A stretch of 64,000 nt of DNA from Octopus vulgaris (Eukaryota): positions 10,230,001 through 10,294,000 of the forward strand of contig CATOCA020000001.1 in assembly GCA_951406725.2 (NCBI GenBank). Direction: 5' to 3'. This document shows, in pieces, positions 1 through 13,589 of the stretch. Numbering within the stretch: the stretch's first letter is position 1; the number at the start of each line of letters is the position of its first letter. The position numbers and the translations under genes were made by a program. The notes under the pieces were generated by a model. That model saw only the letters and a program-made list of their open reading frames with translations, searched no databases and had not been told where the DNA came from.

Positions 1-303
1 TCTTTGTAAGCCCAGTACTTATTCTATCGGTCTCTTTTGCCGAACCGCTAAGTGACGGGGAGTAAACACACCAGCAATGCTTGGGAGACAAACACAGACA
101 CACAAACACACACACATACACACACACACATATATATACATATATACGACAGGCTTCTTTCAGTTTCCGTCTACCAAATCCGCTCACAAGGCATTGGTCG
201 GCCCGGAGCTATAGCAGAAGACACTAGCCCAAGATGCCACGCAGTGGGACTGAACCCGGAACCATGTGGTTGGTTAGCAAGCTACTTACCACACAGCCAC
301 TCC
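1..303 (-). mobile_element. tRNA-derived SINE, family A (octopus-type), 3' end cut by the window edge
   Basis: The reverse complement begins GGAGTGGCTGTGTGGTAAGTAGCTTGC...GGTTCAGTCCC (A-box and B-box like), has an internal TA/TG tract and matches the full copy at 11628-12042. Confidence 0.85.
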
Positions 304-926
304 TGTATATGTATAAATACATATATAAAGTGTATTCAAAGATTTCTGCAGGGAGTGAAGACCTTCATGTGGATTTCTTAGTGGACGAATATATTCTTAA
401 GACCAACTTTTAGTCACCCGCTTGTAGTTCGAGCGTCCTTCACTAATTCTGTTCTCAACCATACTGAATGCGGTTATTTTAGCTATGATAATCCAATCCT
501 GAGCTATGTTTGAATATAGTGATAGAAAGCGATGTGAAAGACAGTGGTGATGGTGGTGGAGGTGAAAGTGATGAAAAGTATTGATGGTGATGGCGTCAGA
601 AGTCTGGATGGCGTGTGTATTGCAGATATGGTGGCGATGGTTGTGGTACTGTTGATTATCATGAAGCTTTGCAATAAGTTCCGAGTCGACAAATTATATC
701 ATTGCTTTGATGAAAATTGTTCATTGCTTGAGAAATATTCATGTTTCATGAAATTTAATATGTACTCAATGCATGGTGTCATTGTTGGACCCAAGGATTA
801 ACAGGGCAGCTATAAACGAATGTATACATATATATATATCAATGTATGTATATTTCTAGCTAGCTAGCTAGCTACATACATACATACATACCGACATACA
901 TGTATGTATTTATTTTTTTATTTCAG

Positions 927-1081
927 CTCAAACAGAAATAAAATATTTGCTATTTACTGTACAGTATTTAGCGAAATGACTGAAAGTCAACTGCGGCGCA
1001 ATATCTCCCAAGTTTTGAACAATTCCCAGGAATTGCTTAACTTAGGAGTTAAGAAAAGCCACATGAAATTCATTGATGAAA
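927..1081 (+). CDS. Candidate isolated coding exon of unknown product (possibly extracellular or SEA-like module)
   Basis: Polypyrimidine tract and TTTCAG acceptor end at 926, donor A|GTAAGT starts at 1082, and the frame is open between them (SNRNKIFAIYCTVFSEMTESQLRRNISQVLNNSQELLNLGVKKSHMKFIDE). Homology not confirmed. Confidence 0.35.
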
Positions 1082-2407
1082 GTAAGTATCGTGTTTCTTA
1101 TTAATTTAATCATCATTACCGTCATAATTAGCTTCATCAATCACCAACCTCTTAGTCGTTGTCGCCATCATCAACCACAGTAGATGATACCAAGCACACA
1201 GACTCTCTCCCCCTCTCTCTCTCTCACACACACAACTATTTATTTACATTTTCTCAACGCTTGGATAATTTCAGAAAAAAGCATTTTATTTTGCGCTTTT
1301 CCGTTTCTTGTCCCTACGGAACTGTTTGTCTTTGCTCAGTTTCTTTTTAATTATACCAATTAACCGAGGGCAAAAATGTTTTCTTCTAATTTTGTATAGA
1401 AGTAGAAGATGCAGACTCTACTGGGCAGAATAATTCAAACAATTCCAGTACTTGCTTTAATTCAAACAGGAAAACTATTTAGTGCTGCAAATAATTTTCC
1501 TCAGCGAAAATTCATTTTGTACGAAGTGATCATATTAATTTTTGAATTAGGATCGATAGATACACACACACAGCTCATACGCTTTAAACAGTGTCTAAGA
1601 GATATAAGAGAGGAACAAATCATATCCCATTGCCGGAAAAGGATATATTTTCACTTCGTTTCCATTCATTTCATTTTACCATCGCCAAATCAATATAACA
1701 TCTACCCTATTTCTAGCGTACATTAGGTTTTGCGCTTCCGGTCAGTATGTCTAAAGAGTGATCAATATATTGACGAAATTCAACACTAGAGGCCGCGAAA
1801 CAGACTAGCATTCTGAGTAGTCATATCCCGTAACCAGTTATATATTGCTCGAGAAAATATAAAAATATATATATATACATATGCACACACCTCTATTTCT
1901 ATTTTATTTATTGTTTTTTAAGAATATATAAGAAAATATATATATAAGATATATATATATATATAATCTACAGGATATCAAGTAGTTATGCAGTTTCAAT
2001 CGGCTAAATTTAATTGAACAATACAAAAATTACATCAATTTAAATGCAATGCCATCTTCAGCTGCATAAATAATGAATTAGAATTTTAATAAGTAGGACA
2101 CTTTAATGTAATTTTTCTCAAATATTTGAACAGAGCAAGAATATGGAGAAAATCATATTGTCGCCATTTTAGTTAAGAATAGACTACACTTCCAAGAATT
2201 GCATGGAGCCTGGTTGGGTCCTTGTCTTGTAAGGGATTGTAATTCATTTCTAAATCATTTATCTCTTTACAAACTACTAAATGAAAAACTAGAAATCTGT
2301 CTATTTTGAATAAATATATATGCTCTCCGTATATGTTTGCAACACTTCATGTATCATTGTCCTCAAATCAGCCAGCAGGTGGTCCAAACAATTTATTTCC
2401 AACATTA

Positions 2408-2459
2408 ACTGCTGCTGCTGCTGCTGCTGCTACTACTACTACTACTACTACTACTACTA
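2408..2459. repeat. Compound (GCT)n(ACT)n microsatellite
   Basis: Read directly from the sequence. Confidence 0.9.
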
Positions 2460-2857
2460 GCTTCTCTTATATCCATGTTTTGGTTCTTTTTCAGTGGTTT
2501 GTGATGAAAGCACAACATCAACTAACAATCGAGCTTTCTCTTGGCCAATGACAAAAATAGGAACTACTGCGGAGATCCCATGTCATGGAAATGTAGCCAC
2601 CAGGCATTGGTTCGTTTGTATTGATTTATTTCTACTCAAAGTTTGAAGTTTTCAGCGCCATCCTATTGTGAGAGAATGTTACTTGGTAGAGCAAATAACA
2701 GGTTTATAGATTAACAAGATAGAATTAAACGTCTATCGGTTGCAATCTCTTGTCCCAGCATTTTTACATTTTATACATTATTTGATATAATTTAGCCTTG
2801 TCCTAACTATCTAGGTTTGCTTTGTCGCCAATATTATACAAAGCTTTCATTTCATTC

Positions 2858-3230
2858 GTTTTTATGTTCTGAGTTCAAATTCCCTAAGGTCGACTTTGCC
2901 TTTAATTTTTTCGGTTCGATGAAATAAATACCAATTGAGCACTGGGGTTGGTGTAAACGACTTATCCCTTCCCCTGAAATTGCTGGCCTTGTGCCAAAAT
3001 TTGAAACCAATATTAGACAAGGCTTTATGGTAGAGAGCTAGCGGAACCGTTACTATGCCGGACAAAATGCTTAGCAGCATTTCTTCTGACTTTACATTCT
3101 GAGATCAAATGCCACCAGGGTCGACTTTGTCTTTTACCCTTACGCGATCGATAAAATAAGTACCACTGGGGTCTATGTAATCGAACTACCCCCGCCCAAA
3201 ATAGCTGCCAAAATTTGAAATCAGCATTAT
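2858..3230 (+). mobile_element. Two tandem degenerate copies of SINE family B (CORE-like)
   Basis: TTCTGAG(T/A)TCAAAT...GTCGACTTTG...CGAT(G/A)AAATAA...TACCA...CTGGGG occurs twice (about 2867 and 3096) and matches 4821-5040. Confidence 0.75.
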
Positions 3231-4820
3231 TCAAAGATTTAAAGATTCTTGTAAGTTCCAGAATTTCACAAAATAATTGTAGCAAAGAAAGCACATACCT
3301 AGATACAGCCAATAGAATCTATCAGTGATTCTGTTGGTTTCAGGCTAATACTATTTATTCAATTTTATGATTACTGTAGAGCTATATATCTTGCTAGTAC
3401 ATGATGGTCATCCTGGGATTTCACTCATCACAGACTATGTAACACGGTCTCTCTTCTCTCATTTCTACCACGTCATTCCACAGGTTAAGCATCTAAATTG
3501 TTCCTCCCAGAGGCTGAGCTTTATTAGTTTTAAGACAAGACCAACTGGTGGAATCACTCAAATCTGTGCATATGTAGGAAAATATACATAAATCCATTGC
3601 TGCCGCTGTTGCTACTGATGTCTATGGTGGCGAAATATTAGCAACTAATTCCCCCATTCAACTTGAACTAACAACTTGGCTCCTTAATTCTGCATCACCT
3701 ACACCGTTCCAACTAATCTTGTATTGAATAATCATAAAAACAAGAAATTATTGTAAATAAAAACAGATGCAGGAATATTGTTTTTATATCTGAACTCTAG
3801 TTAGAAAATATTTGACATTAGTTTTGAGGATAGGGGTCAGGAGTAAATAATAGATTTCTCCCCCAAATGCAAGACACCATTTATCCTTCTTTCACTAAAT
3901 TATGAGTTCAAATCACGACCAGTTCGAAGGTTTCTTATATTCCTCTGAGACTGATGAAATTCTCCTCAGAATGAATAAACTCGACTGACAATATTTAACA
4001 TTTATTTTTTCAGTTCTTCCAGAACGATGGGGCATCCAGAAATGGCATCAAGTCAAAACCTGTCATCACAAAAGTGTTCACCGTTTACTGGTATCTGGCA
4101 AGAACCAGACATGTCTCAATGTTACAATGCAGAACAGAGCAAAGGCATTGATGATGGTGAGCGAGCAAATTATTTTTAAATGACTTTTACAGTAGTAGAA
4201 GTAGCAGGATGAGAAGAGGTAATTTTTGTGAGTGACTTCCTGTCTGTTTAAATACGACCACTCTGGTGGGGGTGGGGGTGGTGAGTGTGTATGTGTATGT
4301 CTTTCTATGTCTGTTCCATTATGACTGTCCTGTGTGTGTGTGTGTGTTTGTAATTACAATGATTTATCAAAAGGTAATGCAACCTATTCTCCCGTTTGAG
4401 TCCTCCAGGAATGTGTCCATCTCGTTCAACGGCAAATCATTTGACTCATTTATGGAAACGTTATGAAAGAATTTATTACTTTGGAGGGTTGAGTTCATTA
4501 TTGTAATATCGTTAAAAGCACGTTTTCGTAAACATTCTGCAGACAGGCTGAGTAGATAGAGAAGCAGAAATAACAACAGGGATATTACTGGTACATACCT
4601 CTTTGCATACATTACGTTGGAGCGGTGGTTGTAGAATCTTCAAATATTCAATGAAATACCCTACATATCTGTTTGTCATAGAATATAAGCAATTTATTTC
4701 TCTCAGATGTTATTATGGCACTGTCAAATTGAATAGATTTTCATATGCATTTAGTAATGTGATGATTTCAATTTCTCATTAGACCATTATGAAAACTTAT
4801 CACTATTAGTCCTTAAATTA

Positions 4821-5040
4821 GGCGGTAAGCTGGCAGAATCGTTAGCAGAGCGGGAGAAATGCTTTGCAGTACTTCGTCTGTCTTTACGTTCTGAGTTCAA
4901 ATTCCGCCAAGATTGACTTTGCTTTTCATAATTTCTGTGTCGATAAAATAAGCGCAAGTTGAGCTCTGGGTCAATACAATCAACTTAACCCCTACACCGA
5001 ATCGGCTGGTCACGTACCAATGTCTGAAACCTGTATTATT
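4821..5040 (+). mobile_element. SINE family B (tRNA head plus CORE-like body), near full length
   Basis: GGCGGTAAGCTGGCAGAATCGTTAGC (A box), GAGTTCAAATTCCGCC (B box), GTCGATAAAATAAG body and a TATTATT tail. Confidence 0.8.
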
Positions 5041-5170
5041 CCGTTTATTATGCTCTTTTATTTAGACGATTTTTTCATTTCATGTTCATTTCATTCATCG
5101 TTTACAATGCCCTCTCCCCCCCCACACACACACACACTCCCTCTCTCTCTCTCACTCACACTCACACACA

Positions 5171-5642
5171 GATGGAATCAAACACCACGACATGAAGGAA
5201 AAGAGAAAAAGAGAGCACTTTTGGCGAGTGAGCAAAATATTGGTTTGAAAGCTGAACAGAGAAGCTAAAGGAGATGGACAGGAAGTCAAGAAAGGTCCTA
5301 ACGATGTATGGAGCCCATCACCCACATGCAGACCTCGATCACCGATACACGAAGAGAGCGAATGGAGAAAGGGACTGATAAGTGTGGGAAACTGCGTGCG
5401 TTTCGAACTCGAAGGCTTAATGAGATACCGAACCCAAAGAAAGGAAACCTTGTTAGTGACAGTTAGGAATGAGGGAGTATTGAAAGCAGGAAAACCGAAG
5501 GAAGAAACACAAAAAGAATGGCGCAAGAAGGGAGACCACAATGAATTTCCATATAACAAAAAGTAGGTGGGATTGGCTGATGAAAGGAATTCTAAAGAAA
5601 GAGACCGAGAACACTATATTGGCAGTGCAAGAGTAAGCTTTG
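5171..5642 (+). mobile_element. R4/Dong-clade non-LTR retrotransposon fragment (post-RT region, degenerate), cut by the assembly gap
   Basis: Manual translation across frameshifts gives DGIKHHDMKEK...KLKEMDRKSRKVLTMYGAHHPHADLDHRYTKRANG.GLISVGNCV...EWRKK...RWDWLMKGILKKETENTILAVQE*AL, matching the R4/Dong motifs DRKTRKxLT, HHPxAD, GGRGL and WL..G.LKxETE..I.A.Q. Confidence 0.8.
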
Positions 5643-5742
5643 NNNNNNNNNNNNNNNNNNNNNNNNNNNNNNNNNNNNNNNNNNNNNNNNNNNNNNNNNN
5701 NNNNNNNNNNNNNNNNNNNNNNNNNNNNNNNNNNNNNNNNNN
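5643..5742. other. Assembly gap (100 N)
   Basis: Exactly 100 N, a typical placeholder for a gap of unknown size. Confidence 0.99.
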
Positions 5743-7620
5743 ATCTGAAGTCGCTAAAGGTGCAATAAATTGAACTTCTTTTCATTTAGCAGTTAGTGAT
5801 CTGCAAATGTGGGTATCTTAGAAATGGTTAAAGTGTTTGTTGTAGCTGTAATTGTTGCACACACACAAACGAATAAAAACACACAGACGCTCACACACAC
5901 GTACACACACAAATAAAAACATTCACACAGACACAAAGACTGAAATGAAAATACCAAAACACACACAAATAAAAACAGTCCCACGCACACAAACACTGAA
6001 AAAAATACTCACACACTCACATACGCACAAACACACACAGAGAAGTGAAAATACACAGCTACATATTCACACACTCAAACACGCGGACAAATAGAGAAAA
6101 GAAAACAGTTACATACGCACACACTCGAAGACACAGAAAAGAAAACACTCACACAGACACATGCACAAACACACAGACATACACATATAGAAATGAAAAA
6201 TACACAGTTACACATCCAAACTCTCACACTCACACACGCACAAACACACACAGAAATGAATATAGTCACAAACAAACATACGCACCCACACACAGAAATG
6301 AAAACACAGTTACACACTCACACATAAACCCTAACCCTAACTAGCACAAACATACAAGTTATTCAGAATGTAAAGGGGCATTGGGTGCTTTGCACTCGCA
6401 GTTAGAATATCAGCTCCCTCCACGCCAGTATGAGAATTTCTTTCATCCACTTGTGAAATTAATACATTGTCGACATATGGGAAAAATATGAGCAACATCT
6501 GAAGTCACTAAAGGTGCAATAAATTGAACTTATTTTGATTTAGTAGTTAGTGATCTCAAATGTGGGTATCTTAGCAATGGTCAAAGTGTTTGTTGTAGTT
6601 GTAAGTGTCGCACACACACAAACAAATAGAAACACTCAGTCGCTCACACACTCGCGCACACAGAAATAAAAACACTCTCACACACACACAAACAACCACT
6701 GAAATGAAAATACCCATACTCACATAAATAAAAACTGTCCCACACACACAAGGAGCCCCAATAGGTATATCAAAAAAGTTTCTAGTATCTTTCCTAGCCC
6801 ATAATTTATGATAATTGAAGTTCTTACAATAAATAAATGCCTACTAAATCAGTACATCGAAAATTAAGTCCCCGTAACTTTTCGGTTCTGCAAAAGAGAC
6901 CTATACATTAAGTAATAGGCATACAAAGAATAATTCCTGGGGTTGATTTGCTTGACTAAAGGCGGTGCTCCACCATGGTCACAATGAAATAACTAAAAGA
7001 GTCTAACATGCAGGGAAATAACTCTAGAATATATTATTCAGACATGACACACACTGTTACGCTTTTCCTTGTTTAGTCATTTCACTGTGTCCATGCTGGA
7101 GCACAGCATTTTCTAGAGCAAATCGACACTAGGACTTACTCTATGACAGTCTAGAATTTATTTGTTGGTCGTCTTTTCCCGAAGTTACTGGAGTGTAAAA
7201 ATACCAGCATCGGTTGTCAAGCGGTTTTGGGGACACAGAAACATATATATAAATATATATCTAGTTTATATTTACTGTTGAGAAAACCGCGCGAGAGTGG
7301 TAGATTTGGAAAAGTTATAGCATATAGACTCGAGACATGGTTATTATCGCCTCGAGCCTATATGCTAGTCCTTCGCTTTCTGCTCAAGAGGCAACGCCAG
7401 TCGTAACTAAATTTGTTTTATTTACGAAAGATTGCCGAAAACTATGCATAGTCCAGAATGGATAGGGTAAACGTTTTTATTTCTCTTTCCATTTCAGAAT
7501 TACAATTATCACTGGTTTGGAGTTTAACTGCTCTCTCTAGTGAGTCGGATGTCCCATTATGGCCATCCCTTATATGTTTAAATATCTATATGTATATACA
7601 TATATCTGTCAATATATACC

Positions 7621-7694
<74 letters not shown>

Positions 7695-7699
7695 CTGTC

Positions 7700-7860
7700 T
7701 ATATACGACGGGCTACTTTCTGTTTCCGTGTACCAAATCTACTCAGAAACGTTGGTCTGTCCGAGGCTATATTGGAAGACACTTGCCCATGGAGCCACGT
7801 AGTTGGACTGAACCAGAAACACCGTATTTGGAAAGCAAGCTACATACCACAGCCACTCTT
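7700..7860 (-). mobile_element. SINE family A 5' half
   Basis: ATACGACGGGCTACTTTCTGTTTCCGTGTACCAAATC...ACCACAGCCACTC matches 144-303. Confidence 0.75.
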
Positions 7861-8274
7861 ACTGCTACAATTAGCAAGCTAATTCCCATTCAGACACTAC
7901 TGTTTGTTAACCGGACAAGTTCAAGGTGAGCCCTAATTGTTTGTATGCAAATGAGTTCATTAATGGGGTCCGGAACTTTCGCGGCTGGGTCCCATAAGAC
8001 AATGCATCCACCTTGGGTATAGGTGGACTGTGCTCACACACGCACAAACACCCACACATCCGCACTCACGAATATAGATACACGCAAAGACGCAATCTCG
8101 TACCTATTTATGTTTTAAATATGTTGACCTTAAAACTGTGACATTCTGAAAACACACGACCGCACTCATGCACATAGATACATGCATATACGCAAACTCG
8201 TAGCTATTTATGTTTTAAACATGTTGACCTTTAAACCATGACATTATGTGTCTGTTTGCGCGTGCATTTCTGTG

Positions 8275-8605
8275 AGAATGGTTGCTCACGAACCGTAATG
8301 CGCTGAGTTCAAACCAACAGCGTTGCACCTTTGGTAAGTGTATTCAACTATAGCCTAGGGCCGACCAAAGTATTCTGAGTGGAGTTAGTAGAGGGAAACT
8401 GAAAGAAGCCCGTCGTATATATGAATATCGGCGTAGGAATGGCTATGTTGTAAGTAGTTTGCTTGCGAACCACATGGTTTGGTGTTCACTCCCACTGCCT
8501 GTCATCTTATGCAATTGTCAACTAATGTACCCCAGGGCCGACCTAATCATTGTGATTGGATTTAGTGGAGGGAAACTGAAAGAATCCCATCGTATATATG
8601 TTTAA

Positions 8606-8639
<34 letters not shown>

Positions 8640-9394
8640 TGTGTTTGTTCGCACTCGAAGGGCACACGAGAATGCACGCACGTACTATCACATATACAGA
8701 TGCAAGTTTTCTTAATAAAACGGAAAGAACTCCCGTTCCATCCCTTACAGTTTCTTTTTTGTTTTAAACACTACATATACGTGCGTGGGTATATACACGT
8801 ATATCTGTATGTGTATGTCTGGGTGAAACAGACTTTCACGGTTGGGTCACATTAGCCGATGCGACCACCTTGGGTATGTGTGGACTGTGCTCACACACGC
8901 ACAAATACCCACACTTCCGCACTCATGCACATAGATACATGCAAAGCTATTTCATGTTTTAAATATGTTGACCTTAAAACCGTGACACTCTCAAGAAATT
9001 GTATGAGCGTGTGGGTCAGCCAATATGTGTGCTTTCATCTCTGTGTCTGTTTGCGCTCGCGCATGTGTGTGAGAGTGTTTGCTCACCAACCTCAATGTGC
9101 TGGGTTCAATCCAACAGCGTGGCACCTTCGGCAAGTGTATTCAACTATACCCCGGGCCGACCAATGTATTCTGAGTAGGGTTGGTAGAGAGAAACTGAAA
9201 GAAGACCGTCGTATATATGAATATCAGCGCACGAATGGCTATGTGGTAAGTAGTTTGCTTACGAACCACATGGTTTCAGTTTCATTCCCACTGCCTCGCA
9301 TCTTGTCCAATTGTCTTCTACAGTAGCCCCGGGCCGACCAAATCCTTGTGATTGGATTTGGTGGAAGGAAACTGAAAGAATCCCGTCGTATATG

Positions 9395-9400
<6 letters not shown>
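8275..9400 (+). mobile_element. Four SINE family A head regions in two tandem pairs within an ~857-bp duplication
   Basis: GGGCCGACC.A....GTGA.TGGATTTGGT.GA.GGAAACTGAAAGAA.CCCGTCGTATAT-like blocks end near 8420, 8598, 9218 and 9392. Confidence 0.75.
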
Positions 9401-9427
<27 letters not shown>

Positions 9428-9848
9428 TCGCACTCGAATGGCACACGAGCATGCACGCATGAACCATCAGACATACAGATGCAAGTTTTCTCAATGAAAG
9501 GGAAACAACTCCCGTTCTATCCCATACAGTTTCCGAGAGCTATGAGTAAAATTCCTTCCTTTAACTACTTTTAGTATTATATACTTGTAAGGAAGGCAAC
9601 TCTCCATACATCGCTTAGAGCCTATTATTATTCAAACACTATTTACGTTTCCTAATGTTAAATTGTATTAGTATCAATTAACGGATGTAACTCTTGTCAA
9701 GTAAGGGATGTAGAGGGAGACTTTCCTTGGTTTGAGATTCATTTTTATATTTAAGTTTAAATGCCAAAGGGAGATGAAACTATGAGTTAGGGTTAGATGT
9801 GTGTATTTCCATTTCTGTGTGTGCGACTACATGCTTTTATATACATGT

Positions 9849-9926
<78 letters not shown>

Positions 9927-9929
9927 GTG

Positions 9930-10092
9930 TCTACGTCCCCGTAACTTAGAGGTTCAGCGAAAGAGACTGTTAGAATAAGTACTAGGCCTACAAAGAATAA
10001 GTCCTGGGATCGATATGCTCGACTGAAGGTGTTGTTCCAGCATGGCCACAGTTAAATGACTGAAAAAAGTAAATGAGAGTAAAAGAGTAAAT
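9930..10092 (+). mobile_element. SINE family A 3' half
   Basis: TACGTCCCCGTAACTTAG...AGAATAAGTACTAGGCCTACAAAGAATAAGTCCTGGG...AAATGACTGAAA...GTAAAAGAGTAAA tail. Confidence 0.8.
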
Positions 10093-10437
10093 AGCGACAA
10101 AAGTCTATAACCTGTTCACTAGGGAGATAGCTGAAAATATCTCCTAGACATCATATAATACCTTTCATGTTGTAATTTCTGTAATAGGTGTGTTTGTTTG
10201 ACGCCTGCGAAAGAAGACACGACCATGCGCACACCAACAGAGACACATACACATCCAAGTAATCTGCTGGTACCTTTAACAAATAAACATTGACTAGCTG
10301 ATCATTTACATTTCACTACACCCCACAAATATATAAAGTAATAATGTTATCTAGTACTACTCTTCGGACATAATCAAGTTTCTTTTTTGTTTTAGATAGT
10401 ATATATGCATGTGTGGGTATATACATGTATATCTGTA

Positions 10438-10477
<40 letters not shown>

Positions 10478-10609
10478 CTAGAGCGCCGCCTTTAGTCGAG
10501 CACATCGTCCGCAGCACTTATTCTTTGTAAGCCTAGTATTTATTCTAACTTATTCTCTTTTGCCGAACCGCTAAAATACAGGGAGTAAAACACACCAGCA
10601 TCGGTTAAA

Positions 10610-10870
10610 AACATCAACAACTACAGTCAATCGAAGATAATGACCAAACTGTCTACTCTTATCCACCAGTTCCAACACGATTTAACAAAAAACCAGACAA
10701 ATTGCTTGACTAGATTTCACTGCAAAGCCAGTAACATCTATGGACTTCCCAAAATCTACAAAAGTTAAGCCATAAACAAAACCTGTAACAAGTTAACTTC
10801 TATAGTCATAAATATTCCACACCCGAGAGATCTCCGAATGAGGCCAATTATGGCCGATCCATGTATGTAC
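10610..10870 (+). mobile_element. Penelope-like element (PLE) reverse transcriptase N-terminal fragment, pseudogenised
   Basis: The frame containing the codon at 10739 reads KIMTKLSTLIHQFQHDLTKNQTNCLTRFHCKASNIYGLPKIYKS*AINKTCNKLTSIVINIPHPRDLRMRPIMADP, containing the PLE YGLPKIHK and LRPI motifs with one in-frame stop. A partial second copy lies at about 12066-12155. Confidence 0.8.
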
Positions 10871-11497
10871 ATACGGGGGGCATTGGGTGCTTAACAAACG
10901 CAAATCTGAAGTCGCAATAAATTGAACTTCTTTTCATTTAGAACTTAGGGATCTGCAAATGTGGGTATCTTAGAGATGCTTAAAGTGTTTGTTGTAGCTG
11001 TAATTGTCGCACACACACAAACGAATAAAAACACAGTCGCTCACACACACTTACACACACAAATAAAAACATTCACACAAACACAAACACTGAAATGAAA
11101 ATACCAACACACACTTTCACACTCACACAAATAAAAACCGTCCCACGCACACAAACACTGAATAAAAATTCTCACACACACACACACACATACGCACAAA
11201 TACACACACAGAAATGAAAATACACAGCTACATATTCACACAAACACGCGGACAAACACTCGAGCATGCGCGCACGCATACAGATGCAAAGTTTCTTAAT
11301 TAAATGGAAAAAACTCCCGTACCATCCCTTAGAGTCTCCAAGACACGAGGAAAACGCTTTTCATCAATCAAGGGAGGTAACTCTTTTCAAGTAAGGGATT
11401 GGCGGGAGTTACTTTCGTTGGTTTGATATTAATTTTTATGTTTAAGTTCTTTCCACTTAAATGCATTTTTGCCAAGAAGCAAATATAACTGAGTTTT

Positions 11498-11535
<38 letters not shown>

Positions 11536-11627
11536 TGTGTGTGTGTGTGTATGTGTGTGTGCGCGACTATGTGCTTCTATATACATGTATGTAGGTATAT
11601 ATATATCAATATATATATATATTGATA

Positions 11628-12042
11628 GGCGTAGGAGTGGCCGTGTGATAAACAGTTTGCTTACGAATCGCAATGTGCTGGGTTCAGTCCCACAGTGTGG
11701 CACCTTCGGCAAGTGTATTCAAATATAGCCTCGGGCCAAGCAAATACTTCTGAGTCGAGTTGGTAGACGGAAACTGAAAGAAGACTGTCGTATATATGTT
11801 TATATATATGTGTGTGTGTATGTTTGTGGGTTTGTGTCTGTGTTTGTCCTCAAACATTGCTTCACAACTGATGCTAGTCTGTTTACGTCCCCGTAACTAA
11901 GAGGTTCAGCGAAAGAGACCGATAGAATAAGTACTAGGCCTACAAAGAATAAGTCCTGGGGTCGATATGTTCGACTAAAGTTGGTGCTCCACCATGGCCA
12001 CAATCAAATGACTGAAACAAGTAAATGAGAATAAAAGAGTAA
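11628..12042 (+). mobile_element. Full-length tRNA-derived SINE, family A
   Basis: GGCGTAGGAGTGGCCGTGTG (A box), GGGTTCAGTCCC (B box), internal (TA)/(TG) tract, 3' GGTGCTCCACCATGGCCAC...AATGACTGAAACAAG and a TAAAAGAG tail. Confidence 0.9.
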
Positions 12043-13589
12043 ATAGCGACAAAAGTCTACGAAGCCTGTAACAAGTTAACTTCTATAGTCATAAATATTC
12101 TACTCCCGAGAGATCTCAGAATGAGACCAATTACGGCCGATCCAGGTATGTAGATACGGGGGAGGCATTGGGTGCTTGGCACTCGCAGTTATAATCTCAG
12201 CCCCCTCCACGCCAGTATGAGAAGTTGTTTTATCCACTTGTGAAGTTAATACATTGTCGCCATATGAGAAAAATATGAGCAATATCTGAAGTCACTAAAG
12301 GTGTAATAAATTGAACTTATTTTGATTTAGTAGTTAGTGATCTCAAATGTGGGTATCTTAGAAATGGTCAAAGTGTTTGTTGTAGTAGTAATTGTCGCAC
12401 GCACACAAACAATTAAAAACACTCAGTCGAGCACACACATGTACACACACAAATAAAAACACTCTCTCACACACACAAACACTGAAATTAAAATACTAAC
12501 ACAAAACACATTCGCACACAAATAAACACAAACAGTCCCACAAACACTGAAATAAAAATACTCACACACACTCACATACGTACAAAACACACACACATAG
12601 AAATGACAATACACAGTTACACATCCAAACACTCACACACACACATAGAAATGAAAATAGTTGCACATCCAAACAAACACCCACACAGAAATGAAAATAG
12701 TCACACACAAACGTACGCACATACACACAGAAATGAAAACAGTTACACACTCACACACGCACCGAGAAATCAAAATACACATTTACACACTCCCTCACTC
12801 ACACACACATGCGCAGGCACAAACATTGAACTGGAAACACTGTCACACATGCGCGCTCACACACAGACACAGAAATGAAAGCACACACATACATTTCTTC
12901 AGAACGTAACGGTTTTATGGTCAACATATTTAAAGCATAAATAGCAACAAGTGTGTATCTTTGCATGTATCTATGTGTGCGTGTTCGGAGGTATGTGTGT
13001 TTGTGGGTGAGCACAACACACACATATGCCCCGCTAACTTTACGGTTCCGCAAAAGAGAAAAAAGATAGAAGTACTAAGCTTCCAAAGGATAAGCCCTGG
13101 GGTACGTTTTGTTTGACTAAAGGCTGTGCTCGGGCATATGCATAAATATATATATATAAATTCATTTCATACTAATATATATATACATACATACATACAT
13201 ACAAATATACATATTTATATACATGCATTCATAAATATATACGTGTATATACCCACATACGCATATATACTATCTAAAACAAAATAAAAACCTGATCATG
13301 TCCAAAGGGTGGTACTAGATATGGGGAGTACTTTACATAGTTTTCAGGTGTAATTAAATGTAAATTATAATGTGTATTTGTTAAAGTAAACAGCAGAAAA
13401 TGTGCATGTGTATGTCTATTCTTGCACGAATGCAAGTGTGCCCTTCGCATGCGAAAAACAAACGCGCCTACATCTTAAACTGTCATGTCTTTTATTAATA
13501 TGTCAAGAGAAGTAACTCTAAAATTTGATTTTTAGTTATCTCCCTCACTAATGTAGTTAATAGAATATAAACTTTTCTGGTTATTTTCT

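Noticed and set aside
2650-2672. CTCF-like site CAGCGCCATCCTATTG
   Set aside because: A single imperfect short motif that is expected by chance in 64 kb.
11628-11700. tRNA gene
   Set aside because: The A and B boxes belong to a SINE head that continues into the SINE body, and no full cloverleaf is evident.
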